From contig JBKPRH010000150.1 in assembly GCA_046765795.1 (NCBI GenBank), positions 1 to 50,136 of the forward strand: a DNA stretch of 50,136 bases, given 5' to 3'. The DNA is from Acidobacteriota bacterium. GTDB lineage: Bacteria > Acidobacteriota > Vicinamibacteria > Vicinamibacterales > UBA2999. The notes beneath the pieces were generated by a model, which did not search any database, was not told the origin of the DNA, and saw nothing but the letters and a program-made list of their open reading frames with translations. A program made the translations under genes and the position numbers. Of the stretch, positions 1-9,798 are shown one piece after another (positions within the stretch are counted from its first letter, which is position 1; the number at the start of each line of letters is the position of its first letter).

Positions 1-1
1 C

Positions 2-409
2 GAGAACCTCTATCAGGATGGCCGTGTCGTAAAGCAGGTGAACCGATTTCCAGACGACGATAAGCCGTACGTGTTCCAGTTCACGTGGATGATGACCGCT
101 GGACGCGTGGCCGAGGTCGAGTCGAAGCGGTCCGACGGAACCTGGACGCGCTACACCTATAACGCCGCGCGATACTCTGTCGCAGAGAGCCACGGCGCAT
201 CAGGGATGCGCTCCCTCACATTCGAGTACACACGTGACCCGGTCAGTAACGTGGTCACGTCCATGGTGGTGACATGCCCCGGCCGCACGGGCGCGATGCT
301 ACGACACGCCACCCATGTGAGGCCCGGCTACGAGGAGTGGATCAAGCGGGACATGGTTCGAACGCACTGTGCCTCTTCGCGTGAAGACTGGTCCCTTCCG
401 GCCCAGTAA
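2..409 (+). CDS. 3' end of an ORF entering from upstream of the window; YD/RHS-repeat-like fragment (hypothetical)
   Basis: Frame of ORF 38..409 stays open back to base 2 (ENLYQDGRVVKQV...). Aromatic-rich repeat-like motifs (YTYNAARY, FEYTRDP). No clear start context. Confidence 0.35.
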   Translation, partial: ENLYQDGRVVKQVNRFPDDDKPYVFQFTWMMTAGRVAEVESKRSDGTWTRYTYNAARYSVAESHGASGMRSLTFEYTRDPVSNVVTSMVVTCPGRTGAMLRHATHVRPGYEEWIKRDMVRTHCASSREDWSLPAQ

Positions 410-429
410 GGCAGTTCCGACCAGACCCC

Positions 430-1698
430 GTGAACCCATCGAACTTAACCCTCGGAACCCCCGAAACGCTGAACCCACGGAACCAGCATTGGCGACGCAA
501 TCAAATCGCCGTCGTCGCCGCGACCTTCGTTGGCTTCACCGGCTTCACGCTGGTGATGCCGTTTCTCTCACGCTATATCCAGGAACTCGGCGTCACTGAT
601 ACCGGCGAGGTCGCGCTGTGGACCGGTATCACGCTCGGCATCACACCGGGCGTCGTCGCGATCTGCGCGCCCCTGTGGGGCCGCGTCGCCGATCGCTTCG
701 GCAATAAGCTGCTGGTGCAGCGCTCCCTCTTCAGCTGCGTCATTGTCATGGCCCTTATGGCGAAGGCGACCGAGCCGTGGCAGCTCTTCGCGCTCCGTGC
801 CGCGCAGGGCTTGCTCGCCGGCTACGGCTCGCTGACGTTGACCATGGCCGCGAGATCGGCGCCCCCCGAGCAAATGGCTGCGGCAATCGGTGCGGTGCAG
901 ACCGCGCAGCGTTTCGGCCCGGCGATCGGGCCGGCGATCGGCGGAGTGCTCGCATCCGCCGTTGGCTTGCGCAACGCATTCCTTGTGTCATCGCTTGTCT
1001 ACGTCATCGCGTTCGTCATGCTCACGGTGATGTACAAGGAACGACGAGACGAGGTCGTCGAGCCGCCCGCGCCAGAGGAGCGCGTGAGCTTTTCCAACGT
1101 GCTGGCGTTCGAGAACTTCCTGTTGCTGATGCTGGTGATCTTTGCGTTGCAAGTCGTCGATCGCAGCTTCGGGCCAGTGTTGCTCCTGCACGTCACGCAG
1201 ATCGGCTACGCACCGGGACGGGCGGAATTGCTCGTCGGCGTGCTGTTCTCAGCCCTTGCTCTGTCAGCGGTGGTTGGCCATCAGCTCGCCGCGGTGGTGC
1301 TTCGTCGAACGACCGCCCGCGCAGTGATCGTGGTGGCTCTGGTCGGGGCCGCGCTGTCGCTGCTGATGTTCGCTCTGGTGGAATCCGCGGCGCTCATGTT
1401 CGTGGCGATGGCGGCGTTTGGCGTCGCAGCGGGAACCGCACTGACGACGGCGTTTACTGCGGCGGGGGCCGTCGTCCCACGCCACGCACACGGTGTGGGC
1501 TTCGGCTTTCTGACTGGGGCAGGCCTTATCGGGTCCGCGATCAGTCCGGCCCTGAGCGGACTGCTCGCCGCGCGCAGCATCAATGCGGTGTTTCTCACTG
1601 GCGCCGCCGTGCTGATGCTGCTGGTCTTCCTGGTTCGGCGATTGATGGCTGAGCGCGATCTGCCGGTCGAATCTGCGCCGGCGGTGGACGAAACCTAG
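430..1698 (+). CDS. MFS transporter (DHA1-like efflux permease)
   Basis: About 12 hydrophobic segments. MFS loop motif GRVADRFGNK between predicted TM2 and TM3. GTG start. Confidence 0.85.
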   Translation: MNPSNLTLGTPETLNPRNQHWRRNQIAVVAATFVGFTGFTLVMPFLSRYIQELGVTDTGEVALWTGITLGITPGVVAICAPLWGRVADRFGNKLLVQRSLFSCVIVMALMAKATEPWQLFALRAAQGLLAGYGSLTLTMAARSAPPEQMAAAIGAVQTAQRFGPAIGPAIGGVLASAVGLRNAFLVSSLVYVIAFVMLTVMYKERRDEVVEPPAPEERVSFSNVLAFENFLLLMLVIFALQVVDRSFGPVLLLHVTQIGYAPGRAELLVGVLFSALALSAVVGHQLAAVVLRRTTARAVIVVALVGAALSLLMFALVESAALMFVAMAAFGVAAGTALTTAFTAAGAVVPRHAHGVGFGFLTGAGLIGSAISPALSGLLAARSINAVFLTGAAVLMLLVFLVRRLMAERDLPVESAPAVDET

Positions 1699-1716
1699 GG
1701 TTCGTCCACCTTTTTG
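1683..1716 (+). terminator. Intrinsic terminator overlapping the last codons of the MFS gene
   Basis: Perfect 10-bp stem GGTGGACGAA/TTCGTCCACC (1683-1692 / 1701-1710) with an 8-nt loop containing the TAG stop, followed by TTTTTGTG. Confidence 0.6.
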
Positions 1717-1884
1717 TGCTTGCGTCGGCGCCACGGGCGCTTCGTCTTGTCCTCGTGAACGCCGCCGGTCTGTCGTGGAAGCGGAACGCGCGGACGGGAA
1801 GGACGCTTCGGTTGTTTCGACGAGGATCGGCGCATGCGTTCCGTTCAAGGCGAGGCGGAAGACCCGCCTCTACAGGCGTGAAAA

Positions 1885-3174
1885 TTGTACGATAGGGCCG
1901 TGCCCGAACGCGCTGCGCTCGTCGGCCTCGTGACTGGATCCGCGCGTCGCGTGGATGCCGATCAATCGCTCGAGGAGTTGGCCGGTCTTGCTGACGCCGC
2001 CGGTGGGGTCGTCGTGTTGCGCGTGCTGCAGGAGCGCCCCAAGCCCGATCCGGCGACGTTCATTGGCAGCGGCAAGCTGACAGGATTAGCCGCAACGTGC
2101 GCCGAGCTCGATGTCGATGTGGTGATCTTCGACAACGAACTCTCACCCGCGCAATTGCGGCAGCTCGAAGCCAAACTCGAGCGGAAGGTCATCGATCGCA
2201 CCCAATTGATTCTCGATATCTTTGCGCGCCGCGCGCGGACGCGGGAAGGCAAGTGGCAGGTTGAACTGGCGCAACTGAAGTACCTGCTGCCCAGACTGGT
2301 CGGGTCCTCGACCGCGTTGTCGCGTCTCGGCGGCGGCATCGGAACTCGCGGCCCTGGTGAAACCAAGCTCGAAACCGATCGCCGGCGGATTCGTGTGCGC
2401 ATCCAGTCGATTCAACGTGAGATCGACCAGGTGCGTCAGCGTCGATCGCAGCTTCGCGAACGCCGGCACAAACAGTCGGTCCCAACCGTCGCGCTCGTCG
2501 GCTACACGAACGCCGGCAAGACAACGCTGTTCAATCGAATGACGAATGAGACAGCGGTGGCGTCCGATGCGTTGTTCGTGACACTCGATCCGTTGGTGCG
2601 ACAGGTACGGCTGCCGGATCGGCGCGAATTGCTCGTCTCCGACACGGTGGGATTCATCGATCGCCTGCCGCATGCTCTGGTCGCGGCGTTCCGTGCCACG
2701 CTCGAGGAAGTGGCCGAAGCCGATCTCGCGCTTCACGTGATCGATGCGGCCAACCCCGAGCGGGAGCGACAGGTCGCCGCGGTGCGTCGCGTCCTCGACG
2801 AGGTCGGTGCCAACGATGTGCCGACGATCGACGTTTACAACAAGACCGATGCGATCACGGCGGACGAGCAACGGCGGCTGCGGGATGCGGACCCGGCGTG
2901 TGCACTGATCTCGGCCAAGACGGGCGACGGCGTAGACGAGCTTTTGCAGATGGTCGCCTCGCGACTCGCGCTCGACACACGACGAATCACCATCACCTTC
3001 GACAGCGGCAAGGATTTCGATCGTCAGCAGATCGCGCGGATGTATCGTGTCGCGCGGGTGATCAGCCACGTCGCGACCAACGGGAAAGTGGTCATCGAAG
3101 CCGATGTGCCACGACGCTTCATCGAGCGGCTCACCACGCCGATGCGGCAGGAGCAGGAGTCGCATGCAGACTAA
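1885..3174 (+). CDS. hflX: GTPase HflX
   Basis: HflX N-domain signature (LDIFARRARTREGKWQVELAQLKYLLPRL, GGGIGTRGPGETKLETDRR). G1 motif GYTNAGKTTLFN and G3 motif DTVGF. TTG start at 1885; GTG at 1900 is an alternative. Confidence 0.9.
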   Translation: MYDRAVPERAALVGLVTGSARRVDADQSLEELAGLADAAGGVVVLRVLQERPKPDPATFIGSGKLTGLAATCAELDVDVVIFDNELSPAQLRQLEAKLERKVIDRTQLILDIFARRARTREGKWQVELAQLKYLLPRLVGSSTALSRLGGGIGTRGPGETKLETDRRRIRVRIQSIQREIDQVRQRRSQLRERRHKQSVPTVALVGYTNAGKTTLFNRMTNETAVASDALFVTLDPLVRQVRLPDRRELLVSDTVGFIDRLPHALVAAFRATLEEVAEADLALHVIDAANPERERQVAAVRRVLDEVGANDVPTIDVYNKTDAITADEQRRLRDADPACALISAKTGDGVDELLQMVASRLALDTRRITITFDSGKDFDRQQIARMYRVARVISHVATNGKVVIEADVPRRFIERLTTPMRQEQESHAD

Positions 3175-4522
3175 GCGCGTCGTCGCCACGCTCATGCTGC
3201 TGCTGACGGCCGCGTGTGCCTCGAAGAAAGTGCCTGCCGCGCCCGTCAGTCTGGCTCATCCTGATTTCCTCTATCCGACTGTTCCCGCCGCGATGCAGCG
3301 GTCGTTTGCCGCCGAGCACGTGGACCTGGGTTGGAAGTATCTGCAGATCGACGATCTGCGCGGTGCCGATCGCGAGTTCGCCGCGGCACTCAAGAGCAGT
3401 TCGCAAATGTATCCCGCGCACGCCGGTCAGGGCCTGGTCGCACTGGCGCGGCGCGACTTCGACCGTGCGGTCACTTCGTTCGATGCCGCACTCCGCGCGT
3501 CACCTGCGTATGTGCCGGCGCTCGTCGGTCGCGGTCAGGCGTTGCTCGCCTTGAAACGGGAAGGGGAAGCGCTGGCGTCCTTCGATGCGGCGCTCAAGGC
3601 TGATCCGTCGCTGACCGACATCCGCCAGCGCGCTGAAGTCTTGCGCTTCCGCGGAGTGCAGGACCTCATCGAGACTGCCCGTGCGGCCGCCAAGTCAGGT
3701 CGCGTCCCTGAGGCGAGAGCGGCGTACGAGCAGGCGATTGCGGGATCTCCTGAGAGTGCGTTCCTTTATCGCGAGCTGGGCGTACTGGAGCGCCGGGCCG
3801 GGAACGACGAGCAGGCGTTATCGCGCCTGCGTCGCGCGACCGAGCTTGATCCCCTCGACGCAACCGCATTCATCCAGCTTGCCGAGCTGCTCGAGTCGAG
3901 GCAGGACGCTGCCGGCGCTGAAGCCGCGTATCGAAAGGCGCTCGATCTCGATCCCTCGCCGGAGCTCGAAGCGAAGCTGGCGACCGTCACCAAGAACCTG
4001 CGCGAGGCGCAATTGCCGCCCGAGTACAAGGCAACGTTGAGCGCCGCCCAGATCACCCGCGGCGATCTTGCCGCCCTGATCGGCGTGCGTCTCGAGTCGG
4101 TCGTCAAGGCTGCGCCGACGCGTCAGGTGGTGATGACGGACGTTCGCGGCCACTGGGCCGCGACGTGGATCGCGCGAGTGGCGGAAGCGGGTATCATGCC
4201 ACCGTTCGAAAATCACACATTTCAGCCGAATGCAGTCGTGCGTCGCGGTGATCTCGCCGTGGCGATCAGCCGTCTGCTCACGCTGCTCTCATCGAACGAT
4301 GCCGCTCTTCGCTCCCGTCTCGCGCAGCGTCCAGCGATTGGTGACATGAATCGCGGGCACGTGCAGTACACGGCGGCGGCCGCCGCCGTGGCATCAGGCG
4401 TCATGCCGTTGCTCGAGGGCGATCGTTTTCTCGTCGGACGGCCGGTCGCAGGCAGCGAGGCGGTCGAGACGCTCGACAGAGTCAGCGCCCTCTCGGCGCA
4501 AACGGCCAACGCAGGCCTTTGA
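3164..4522 (+). CDS. TPR-repeat lipoprotein with C-terminal SLH-like domain
   Basis: Start chosen at MQTKRVVATLMLLLTAAC (lipobox LTAAC). Several TPR-like A/L/Y repeats. C-terminal DVRGHWAATWIARVAEAGIM...FQPNAVVRRGDLAVAISRLL resembles an S-layer homology domain. Overlaps the hflX stop by 11 nt. Confidence 0.7.
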   Translation: MQTKRVVATLMLLLTAACASKKVPAAPVSLAHPDFLYPTVPAAMQRSFAAEHVDLGWKYLQIDDLRGADREFAAALKSSSQMYPAHAGQGLVALARRDFDRAVTSFDAALRASPAYVPALVGRGQALLALKREGEALASFDAALKADPSLTDIRQRAEVLRFRGVQDLIETARAAAKSGRVPEARAAYEQAIAGSPESAFLYRELGVLERRAGNDEQALSRLRRATELDPLDATAFIQLAELLESRQDAAGAEAAYRKALDLDPSPELEAKLATVTKNLREAQLPPEYKATLSAAQITRGDLAALIGVRLESVVKAAPTRQVVMTDVRGHWAATWIARVAEAGIMPPFENHTFQPNAVVRRGDLAVAISRLLTLLSSNDAALRSRLAQRPAIGDMNRGHVQYTAAAAAVASGVMPLLEGDRFLVGRPVAGSEAVETLDRVSALSAQTANAGL

Positions 4523-4540
4523 CACGCAGGACGTCGTGAC

Positions 4541-5113
4541 GTGGGCAATCTGACCCTCGCCAACCAACTGACGATCCTGCGGATCATGCTGATCCCGGCG
4601 TTCGTGCTCCTGCTCGTGGACGGCCGCCTCGGTGCCGCGCTCCTGGTGTTCGCGTTTGCTGGAATCACCGACGCTCTCGACGGACTGATCGCGCGTAAGG
4701 CCGGACAGCGCACGAGCCTTGGCGCGTGGCTCGATCCGATGGCCGACAAGCTGCTGCTCGTCACCACCTTCATCGTCCTGACGATCCCCTCGATCCCGCT
4801 GACCAACCATCTGCCGCTGTGGCTGACGGTCAGCGTGATCAGTCGCGACGTCGTCATCATTGGGGTGGTGGCCATCGTCAACCTGGCGGTCGGACCGCGC
4901 ACGTTTCGGCCGTCGATCTGGGGAAAGATGACGACCGCCGCGCTGATTCTGACCAGCGTGATCGTGATGTTCTTCAACTATCGCAACGAGAGGTCCCTGC
5001 TGGTGGACGCGGCGATCTGGATTTCGTTTGCGCTGACGGCGATTTCGGCGGCGGATTACTTCCTGCGTTTGCGGCTGCTGATCAACGAGCCTCCGCCGCC
5101 AGCTTCGACTTGA
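4541..5113 (+). CDS. pgsA: CDP-alcohol phosphatidyltransferase (phosphatidylglycerophosphate synthase-like)
   Basis: Motif [24 protein letters not shown], i.e. DG(x2)AR(x8)G(x3)D(x3)D. About 190 aa with multiple TM segments. GTG start. Confidence 0.8.
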   Translation: MGNLTLANQLTILRIMLIPAFVLLLVDGRLGAALLVFAFAGITDALDGLIARKAGQRTSLGAWLDPMADKLLLVTTFIVLTIPSIPLTNHLPLWLTVSVISRDVVIIGVVAIVNLAVGPRTFRPSIWGKMTTAALILTSVIVMFFNYRNERSLLVDAAIWISFALTAISAADYFLRLRLLINEPPPPAST

Positions 5114-6026
5114 AGTAGCCGACGGTCTTCGCCAGCCCTTCTTCGAGCTCCACCTGGGGCTGCCAACTCAGAAGCGTCTGGGCCCGAGTGATATCGGGTT
5201 GGCGTTGCTTCGGATCGTCCTGAGGCAGCGGCCGATACACGATGCGACTGGTCGAGCCGACCAACGAGATGATCGTGCGGGCAATCTGCTCGATCGTCAC
5301 TTCGTGCGGGTTGCCGATGTTCACCGGATCGTGTGTATCCGATTCCATCAAACGCAGGATGCCGTCCACGAGATCGCTGACGAAGCAGAAGCTGCGGGTC
5401 TGCGTGCCGTCACCGAATACGGTCACGTCCTCATTGCGCAGCGCCTGCGACATGAACGCCGGCACGGCGCGGCCGTCGTGAAGTCGCATGCGCGGACCGT
5501 AGGTGTTGAAGATGCGCACGATCTTCGTGTCCACGCCGTGGGCGCGGTGATAGGCGAGCGTGATCGCTTCGGCGAAACGCTTGGCCTCGTCGTACACCCC
5601 GCGGGGACCGATCGGATTGACGTTGCCCCAGTACGTCTCGCGTTGCGGGTGCTCGAGAGGATCGCCGTAGACTTCCGACGTCGAGGCGAGCACGAAGCGC
5701 GCGTTCTTGGCCTTGGCCAGGCCGAGTGCGTTGTGAGTGCCAAGCGCTCCGACTTTCAGTGTCTGGATCGGGAGTAGCAGGTAGTCAATCGGACTGGCTG
5801 GACTCGCCCAGTGCAGCACGCAATCGACCGGACCATCGATGTCGATGTACTGCGTCACGTCGTGTCGAATGAACTGAAAATCTTGATCGCGAAGGTGAGC
5901 GATGTTGGCGAGGTCGCCGGTGATCAGGTTATCGACGCCAATGACGGAGTGACCGCGCTTCAGCAGCGCTTCAGAGAGATGTGAGCCGATGAAACCGGCG
6001 GCGCCGGTGACGACCGTTCTGGGCAA
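5082..6026 (-). CDS. uxs: UDP-glucuronate decarboxylase (UDP-xylose synthase)
   Basis: Extended SDR: [36 protein letters not shown]-terminal [10 protein letters not shown], all closely like UXS1-type enzymes. Start placed at TTG 6026 (GGAG 5 nt upstream, 20 nt after the upstream stop). The maximal ORF extends to ATG 6095. Confidence 0.85.
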   Translation of the reverse strand: MPRTVVTGAAGFIGSHLSEALLKRGHSVIGVDNLITGDLANIAHLRDQDFQFIRHDVTQYIDIDGPVDCVLHWASPASPIDYLLLPIQTLKVGALGTHNALGLAKAKNARFVLASTSEVYGDPLEHPQRETYWGNVNPIGPRGVYDEAKRFAEAITLAYHRAHGVDTKIVRIFNTYGPRMRLHDGRAVPAFMSQALRNEDVTVFGDGTQTRSFCFVSDLVDGILRLMESDTHDPVNIGNPHEVTIEQIARTIISLVGSTSRIVYRPLPQDDPKQRQPDITRAQTLLSWQPQVELEEGLAKTVGYFKSKLAAEAR

Positions 6027-6046
6027 GACGACTCCGCTCGTGGACC

Positions 6047-7489
6047 TTAATATGCTACGCCGCGCTGGAAGAGGCCGCGGACGAGCGTCAGCCACATGAT
6101 CTTGAGGTCAAGCGTGACCGACCAGTTTTCGATGTAGTAGAGGTCGTACTCGATGCGCTTTTCGAGGGATGTGTTGCCACGCCAGCCATTGACCTGAGCC
6201 CAACCGGTGATCCCGGCTTTGACTTTGTGGCGCAGCATGTATTGGGGGATGCGGTGCTTGAACTGCTCGACGAAGAACGGACGCTCCGGCCGCGGACCAA
6301 CGATCGACATGTCACCCTTCAACACATTCCAGAACTGCGGCAGCTCGTCGAGATCCAGTTTTCTCAGCCAGCGGCCCACCGATGTCGCACGCGGATCGTC
6401 ATCACCCGCCCACACCGGGCCGGTGTCCTCCTCGGCGTCCTGGTGCATCGATCGAAACTTGAAGACGGTGAAGGCCTTGCCGTCGAGTCCCATGCGTTCC
6501 TGCTTGTAGAAGACCGGACCCTGCGACGTGAATTTCACCAGCGCGGCGATGATCGCGAAGGGAATCGCCAGCAGCACCATGGCCGCCGTGGACAGCACCA
6601 TGTCGAGACCGCGCTTCACCCAGGCGTTGAACCCCTGCAGCGGAATCTCATTGATGTTGATGACCGGCAACCCGTCGAGATCCTCGAGGCGCGCTCGCAG
6701 CGCGATGAACTGCAGGATGTCGGGCACGACCTTGACGTCAATGAACTCGCGGCTGGTGACCTCCATCAGGTCGAGCAGCTTGGCATGTTCTTCAAGCGGC
6801 AGCGTGACGTAGAGATGATCGACGCGCTCACGCTGTGCGATCTCGACCACCTCAGACAGCGTGCCGAGCAGCGGGAGGCCGCGATAGCCGATGTGATCGC
6901 CGCCAGCGCGATCGTCGATGAATCCAACGACCTGGTAGCCAAGCTCGCGATGCTGCAGGATGCGATCGGCCACCATGCGGCCGAGATCGCCGGCGCCGGC
7001 GATGAGAATCCGTTTCAGGCCGATCCCTGCGCGCCAGCGGCGTTCGAGCAGTTCGCGTACTGCCTCGCGCGAGGCGTAGGTAAACATCACCGACAGCGCG
7101 AGGTACAGACCCCAGACGATCTGCGAAACCTGGAACGCTCCCTGGGCGCGCGATGTTTCTGAGGCGTAATACGCGCCGACGTACAACGTCGAGAGGACGC
7201 AGAACACCACCGCGAGGATGCTGCCGATCAGCACCGCGAAGAAGTCGTCCACGCGGGATCGACCGCGACGCAGCCGATAGACGCCCTGCAACCAGAAGGC
7301 GATCGGCGTCAGCACCGCCACAAACGGCAGCAGATTGAGGTACTGCTCGAGCGGCGGATAGCCGCGGGTTACCGGAATCAGTCCGCTTTCGAAGCGGATG
7401 CCGAATGCGAGGACGAAGGCCCACATCGCCAGCACCGCGTCGCTGACGACGTAGAGCGCCACGAGCAGACGGTTATGCCGTCTTACCAT
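6047..7489 (-). CDS. Polyprenyl-phosphate sugar-phosphate transferase (WcaJ/WbaP-type initiating transferase)
   Basis: N-terminal TM helices, a central Rossmann-like segment ([10 protein letters not shown]) and a C-terminal bacterial sugar transferase domain ([22 protein letters not shown]...[21 protein letters not shown]). Confidence 0.85.
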   Translation of the reverse strand: MVRRHNRLLVALYVVSDAVLAMWAFVLAFGIRFESGLIPVTRGYPPLEQYLNLLPFVAVLTPIAFWLQGVYRLRRGRSRVDDFFAVLIGSILAVVFCVLSTLYVGAYYASETSRAQGAFQVSQIVWGLYLALSVMFTYASREAVRELLERRWRAGIGLKRILIAGAGDLGRMVADRILQHRELGYQVVGFIDDRAGGDHIGYRGLPLLGTLSEVVEIAQRERVDHLYVTLPLEEHAKLLDLMEVTSREFIDVKVVPDILQFIALRARLEDLDGLPVININEIPLQGFNAWVKRGLDMVLSTAAMVLLAIPFAIIAALVKFTSQGPVFYKQERMGLDGKAFTVFKFRSMHQDAEEDTGPVWAGDDDPRATSVGRWLRKLDLDELPQFWNVLKGDMSIVGPRPERPFFVEQFKHRIPQYMLRHKVKAGITGWAQVNGWRGNTSLEKRIEYDLYYIENWSVTLDLKIMWLTLVRGLFQRGVAY

Positions 7490-8595
7490 TGGGTTCCCAT
7501 CGGCGCGGCCAGTGTGTCGTCGATGACTCCCTGCATGGCGCTGGCATGGCGATCGCGGGAGAACCGTTCGGCGCTGGCACGGATGCGGGCTGACTCGAAC
7601 GACAGCCTATCCATTCGTCGCAACGCGTCGGCGAGCGACTCGGGCGTCGCCTCCGCGAAGAGGACGCCGGTCTCACCGTCGGTCACGGTTTCGAGGGCGC
7701 CGCCTCGAGCGAGTGCCACGACAGGCCGCCCGCATGCCTGAGCTTCGACTGGCACGATCCCGAAGTCTTCCTCACCCGGCATGATGAGCGCACGGGCGCG
7801 CTGATACTCGCTGCGCAATTGCTCGTCGGGCAATGCACCAAGAAACGTCACGTCGGATCCCGACATGCGCTGCAGTCGCTCGCGATCGGGACCGTCGCCG
7901 ACGATGCGGAGCGGCGCACCGATACGGCGGCACGCATCAATCGCGATTTCAATGCGCTTATACGGGACGAATGCGGACACGATCAAAAAGTGGCTCTCGG
8001 GTGAAACGGCGGAGGGCTGATAGAAGACCGTGTCAACGGGCGGATACACGATCGTAGTCTCGCGATTATAGTATCGCCGGATCCGCGCAGCAACGTGTCG
8101 CGAGTTGGCGATAAACCTGTGCACGCGATGCGCGGTTGCCGCGTCCCATCGCGCCAACCGTGAAAGTACTGGCCGGTAGAGCCATCGGCTCGCCACAGCG
8201 CCCACCCGTTCCGGCCCGAAATACGCGTCGAACTGATCCCACGCATATCGCATCGGCGAATGGCAATAGCACACATGGCGCGCACGCCCTGGCGCGACGA
8301 CCCCTTTCGCGGCGCAGTGGCTCGAGCTGATGACGAGATCGCACCCGTCGAGATCGAACTGTTCGATGGCCATCGGGAACAGCGGCAGGTATCGACGGTA
8401 CTGCGAGCGGGCCAGCGGCATGTGCTGCAGAAACGAGGTGTGGATCCGGTGCCGTTCGATCGCCGCTGACACCGACCCGCGCCAGTGGAAAAGGGTGTGG
8501 ATGTCGGCGTCGGGATACAGCCCACATACCACTTCGAGTACTTTCTCGCCGCCGCGCATCCCGGTCAGCCAATCGTGGACGAGCGCGACTTTCAT
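7483..8595 (-). CDS. Glycosyltransferase, GT-B fold (GT4-like)
   Basis: [20 protein letters not shown]-terminus. C-terminal E-x7-E region (PGEEDFGIVPVEAQACGRPV). Overlaps the downstream gene by 7 nt. Confidence 0.8.
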   Translation of the reverse strand: MKVALVHDWLTGMRGGEKVLEVVCGLYPDADIHTLFHWRGSVSAAIERHRIHTSFLQHMPLARSQYRRYLPLFPMAIEQFDLDGCDLVISSSHCAAKGVVAPGRARHVCYCHSPMRYAWDQFDAYFGPERVGAVASRWLYRPVLSRLARWDAATAHRVHRFIANSRHVAARIRRYYNRETTIVYPPVDTVFYQPSAVSPESHFLIVSAFVPYKRIEIAIDACRRIGAPLRIVGDGPDRERLQRMSGSDVTFLGALPDEQLRSEYQRARALIMPGEEDFGIVPVEAQACGRPVVALARGGALETVTDGETGVLFAEATPESLADALRRMDRLSFESARIRASAERFSRDRHASAMQGVIDDTLAAPMGTQW

Positions 8596-9722
8596 ACGGT
8601 GGCAACTGCGAGCGGCGCGCCGATGCGCTTATAGACCTCCAGCGTGCGAGCGACAGACCGTTCCCACGAGAACTCGCGCGAGCGTTCGAGACCTTTACGA
8701 CGCATCTCGTCGGCGCGTGCAGGGTTCGTCAGCACGCATCGCAGGCCGTCCACGATTGAGTCGATGTCGTGCGGATCCACCAGCACGGCGGCATCGCCGA
8801 CGACCTCAGGCAGCGACGACACGTTCGAGACGACGACCGGTGTGCCACTGGCCATGGCTTCGAGCGGCGGCAGACCGAAGCCCTCGTAGAGCGACGGGAA
8901 GACAAAGACGGCGGCGAGCCGATACAGCACGGCGAGTTGATCGTCGGGCACGTAACCGAGGAAGCGCACGTGCTTGTGCAGTTTGTGGCGATGCACCGCG
9001 TGCCGCAAGGCCGGCAGCTTGGAGATCTCGTCACCGATGATGAGCAGCTTCAGATCTTCGAGGTCGCCCGTCCGCAGCTCGCTGAACGCCTCAATCAGCC
9101 TGACCAGGTTTTTATGCGGCTTGATGTTGCCGACGTACAACAGAAACCGGTGATCGAGTTGATAGCGCTCACGCACGCGCGCCACGGCATCCGGGTGCGG
9201 CGTCACCGAGAAGTGCGCGTCGATCGCGTTGTACACGACGACGATCTTCTCGGGCGGGATGTTGAACAGGTGCAGGATGTCGCGCTTCGACGCGTCGGAC
9301 ACCGTCAGGATGCAATCGGACCTGTGCGCCGCCGTCCACATCTGCGCCCGTGCGTAGGCATAGGCCATGCGGTTCGGCAGATACTGCGGAAACATCAGGT
9401 GAATGCAGTCGTGGATCGTGACAACCGAGTTGCAGTGAATCGCCGCCGGTAGCACGTAGTGTGGTGCGTGGAAGAGATCCGGTCGCTCACGGCGCAGCAC
9501 CCAGGGCACGTGGATCTGCTCGCGAATGGAGTAGTTCGGCGCGGGCTCGAGCACTGAGCGGAAGTTGGGCCCGAGCTGAGCTGCGACGCCCAGGTCAGCC
9601 TCGGTGCACAGCAGGACAAACTCCGTGTCGTGGTCGATTCGCGCAAGATGCCGCAGCAGATTGCGGATGTACGTACCGATGCCGAAGTCGTGGAGCTTGC
9701 GCGCATCGATCGCGACTCGCAT
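8592..9722 (-). CDS. Glycosyltransferase family 4-like
   Basis: [10 protein letters not shown] start. [22 protein letters not shown] motif. ATGA overlap with the next gene. Confidence 0.8.
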   Translation of the reverse strand: MRVAIDARKLHDFGIGTYIRNLLRHLARIDHDTEFVLLCTEADLGVAAQLGPNFRSVLEPAPNYSIREQIHVPWVLRRERPDLFHAPHYVLPAAIHCNSVVTIHDCIHLMFPQYLPNRMAYAYARAQMWTAAHRSDCILTVSDASKRDILHLFNIPPEKIVVVYNAIDAHFSVTPHPDAVARVRERYQLDHRFLLYVGNIKPHKNLVRLIEAFSELRTGDLEDLKLLIIGDEISKLPALRHAVHRHKLHKHVRFLGYVPDDQLAVLYRLAAVFVFPSLYEGFGLPPLEAMASGTPVVVSNVSSLPEVVGDAAVLVDPHDIDSIVDGLRCVLTNPARADEMRRKGLERSREFSWERSVARTLEVYKRIGAPLAVATV

Positions 9723-9740
9723 GTCGCCAGAGATTTTACT

Positions 9741-9796
9741 GGCTTTGGGCGTTGGACTTTAGGCTTTGGGAGTTGGGACTTGGGAGTCGGGAATTG
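9741..9796. repeat. Degenerate tandem G/T-rich repeat (about 21-nt unit, GGCTTTGGGnGTTGGnACTT); C/A-rich on the transcribed minus strand
   Basis: Unit 1 is 9741-9761, unit 2 is 9762-9782, then a partial third unit. A related copy (TTGGGCGT..TGGGAGTTGGGAGTTGAATTG) lies at 33537-33572. Confidence 0.5.
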
Positions 9797-9798
9797 CG

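Noticed and set aside
1695-1835. 46-aa highly basic ORF on the minus strand (MRRSSSKQPKRPSRPRVPLPRQTGGVHEDKTKRPWRRRKHKKVDEP), convergent with the MFS gene and overlapping it at a CTAG.
   Set aside because: Its last codons are simply the reverse complement of the MFS terminator stem and T-tract. It has no SD, and Arg/Pro-rich composition is typical of random frames in GC-rich DNA.
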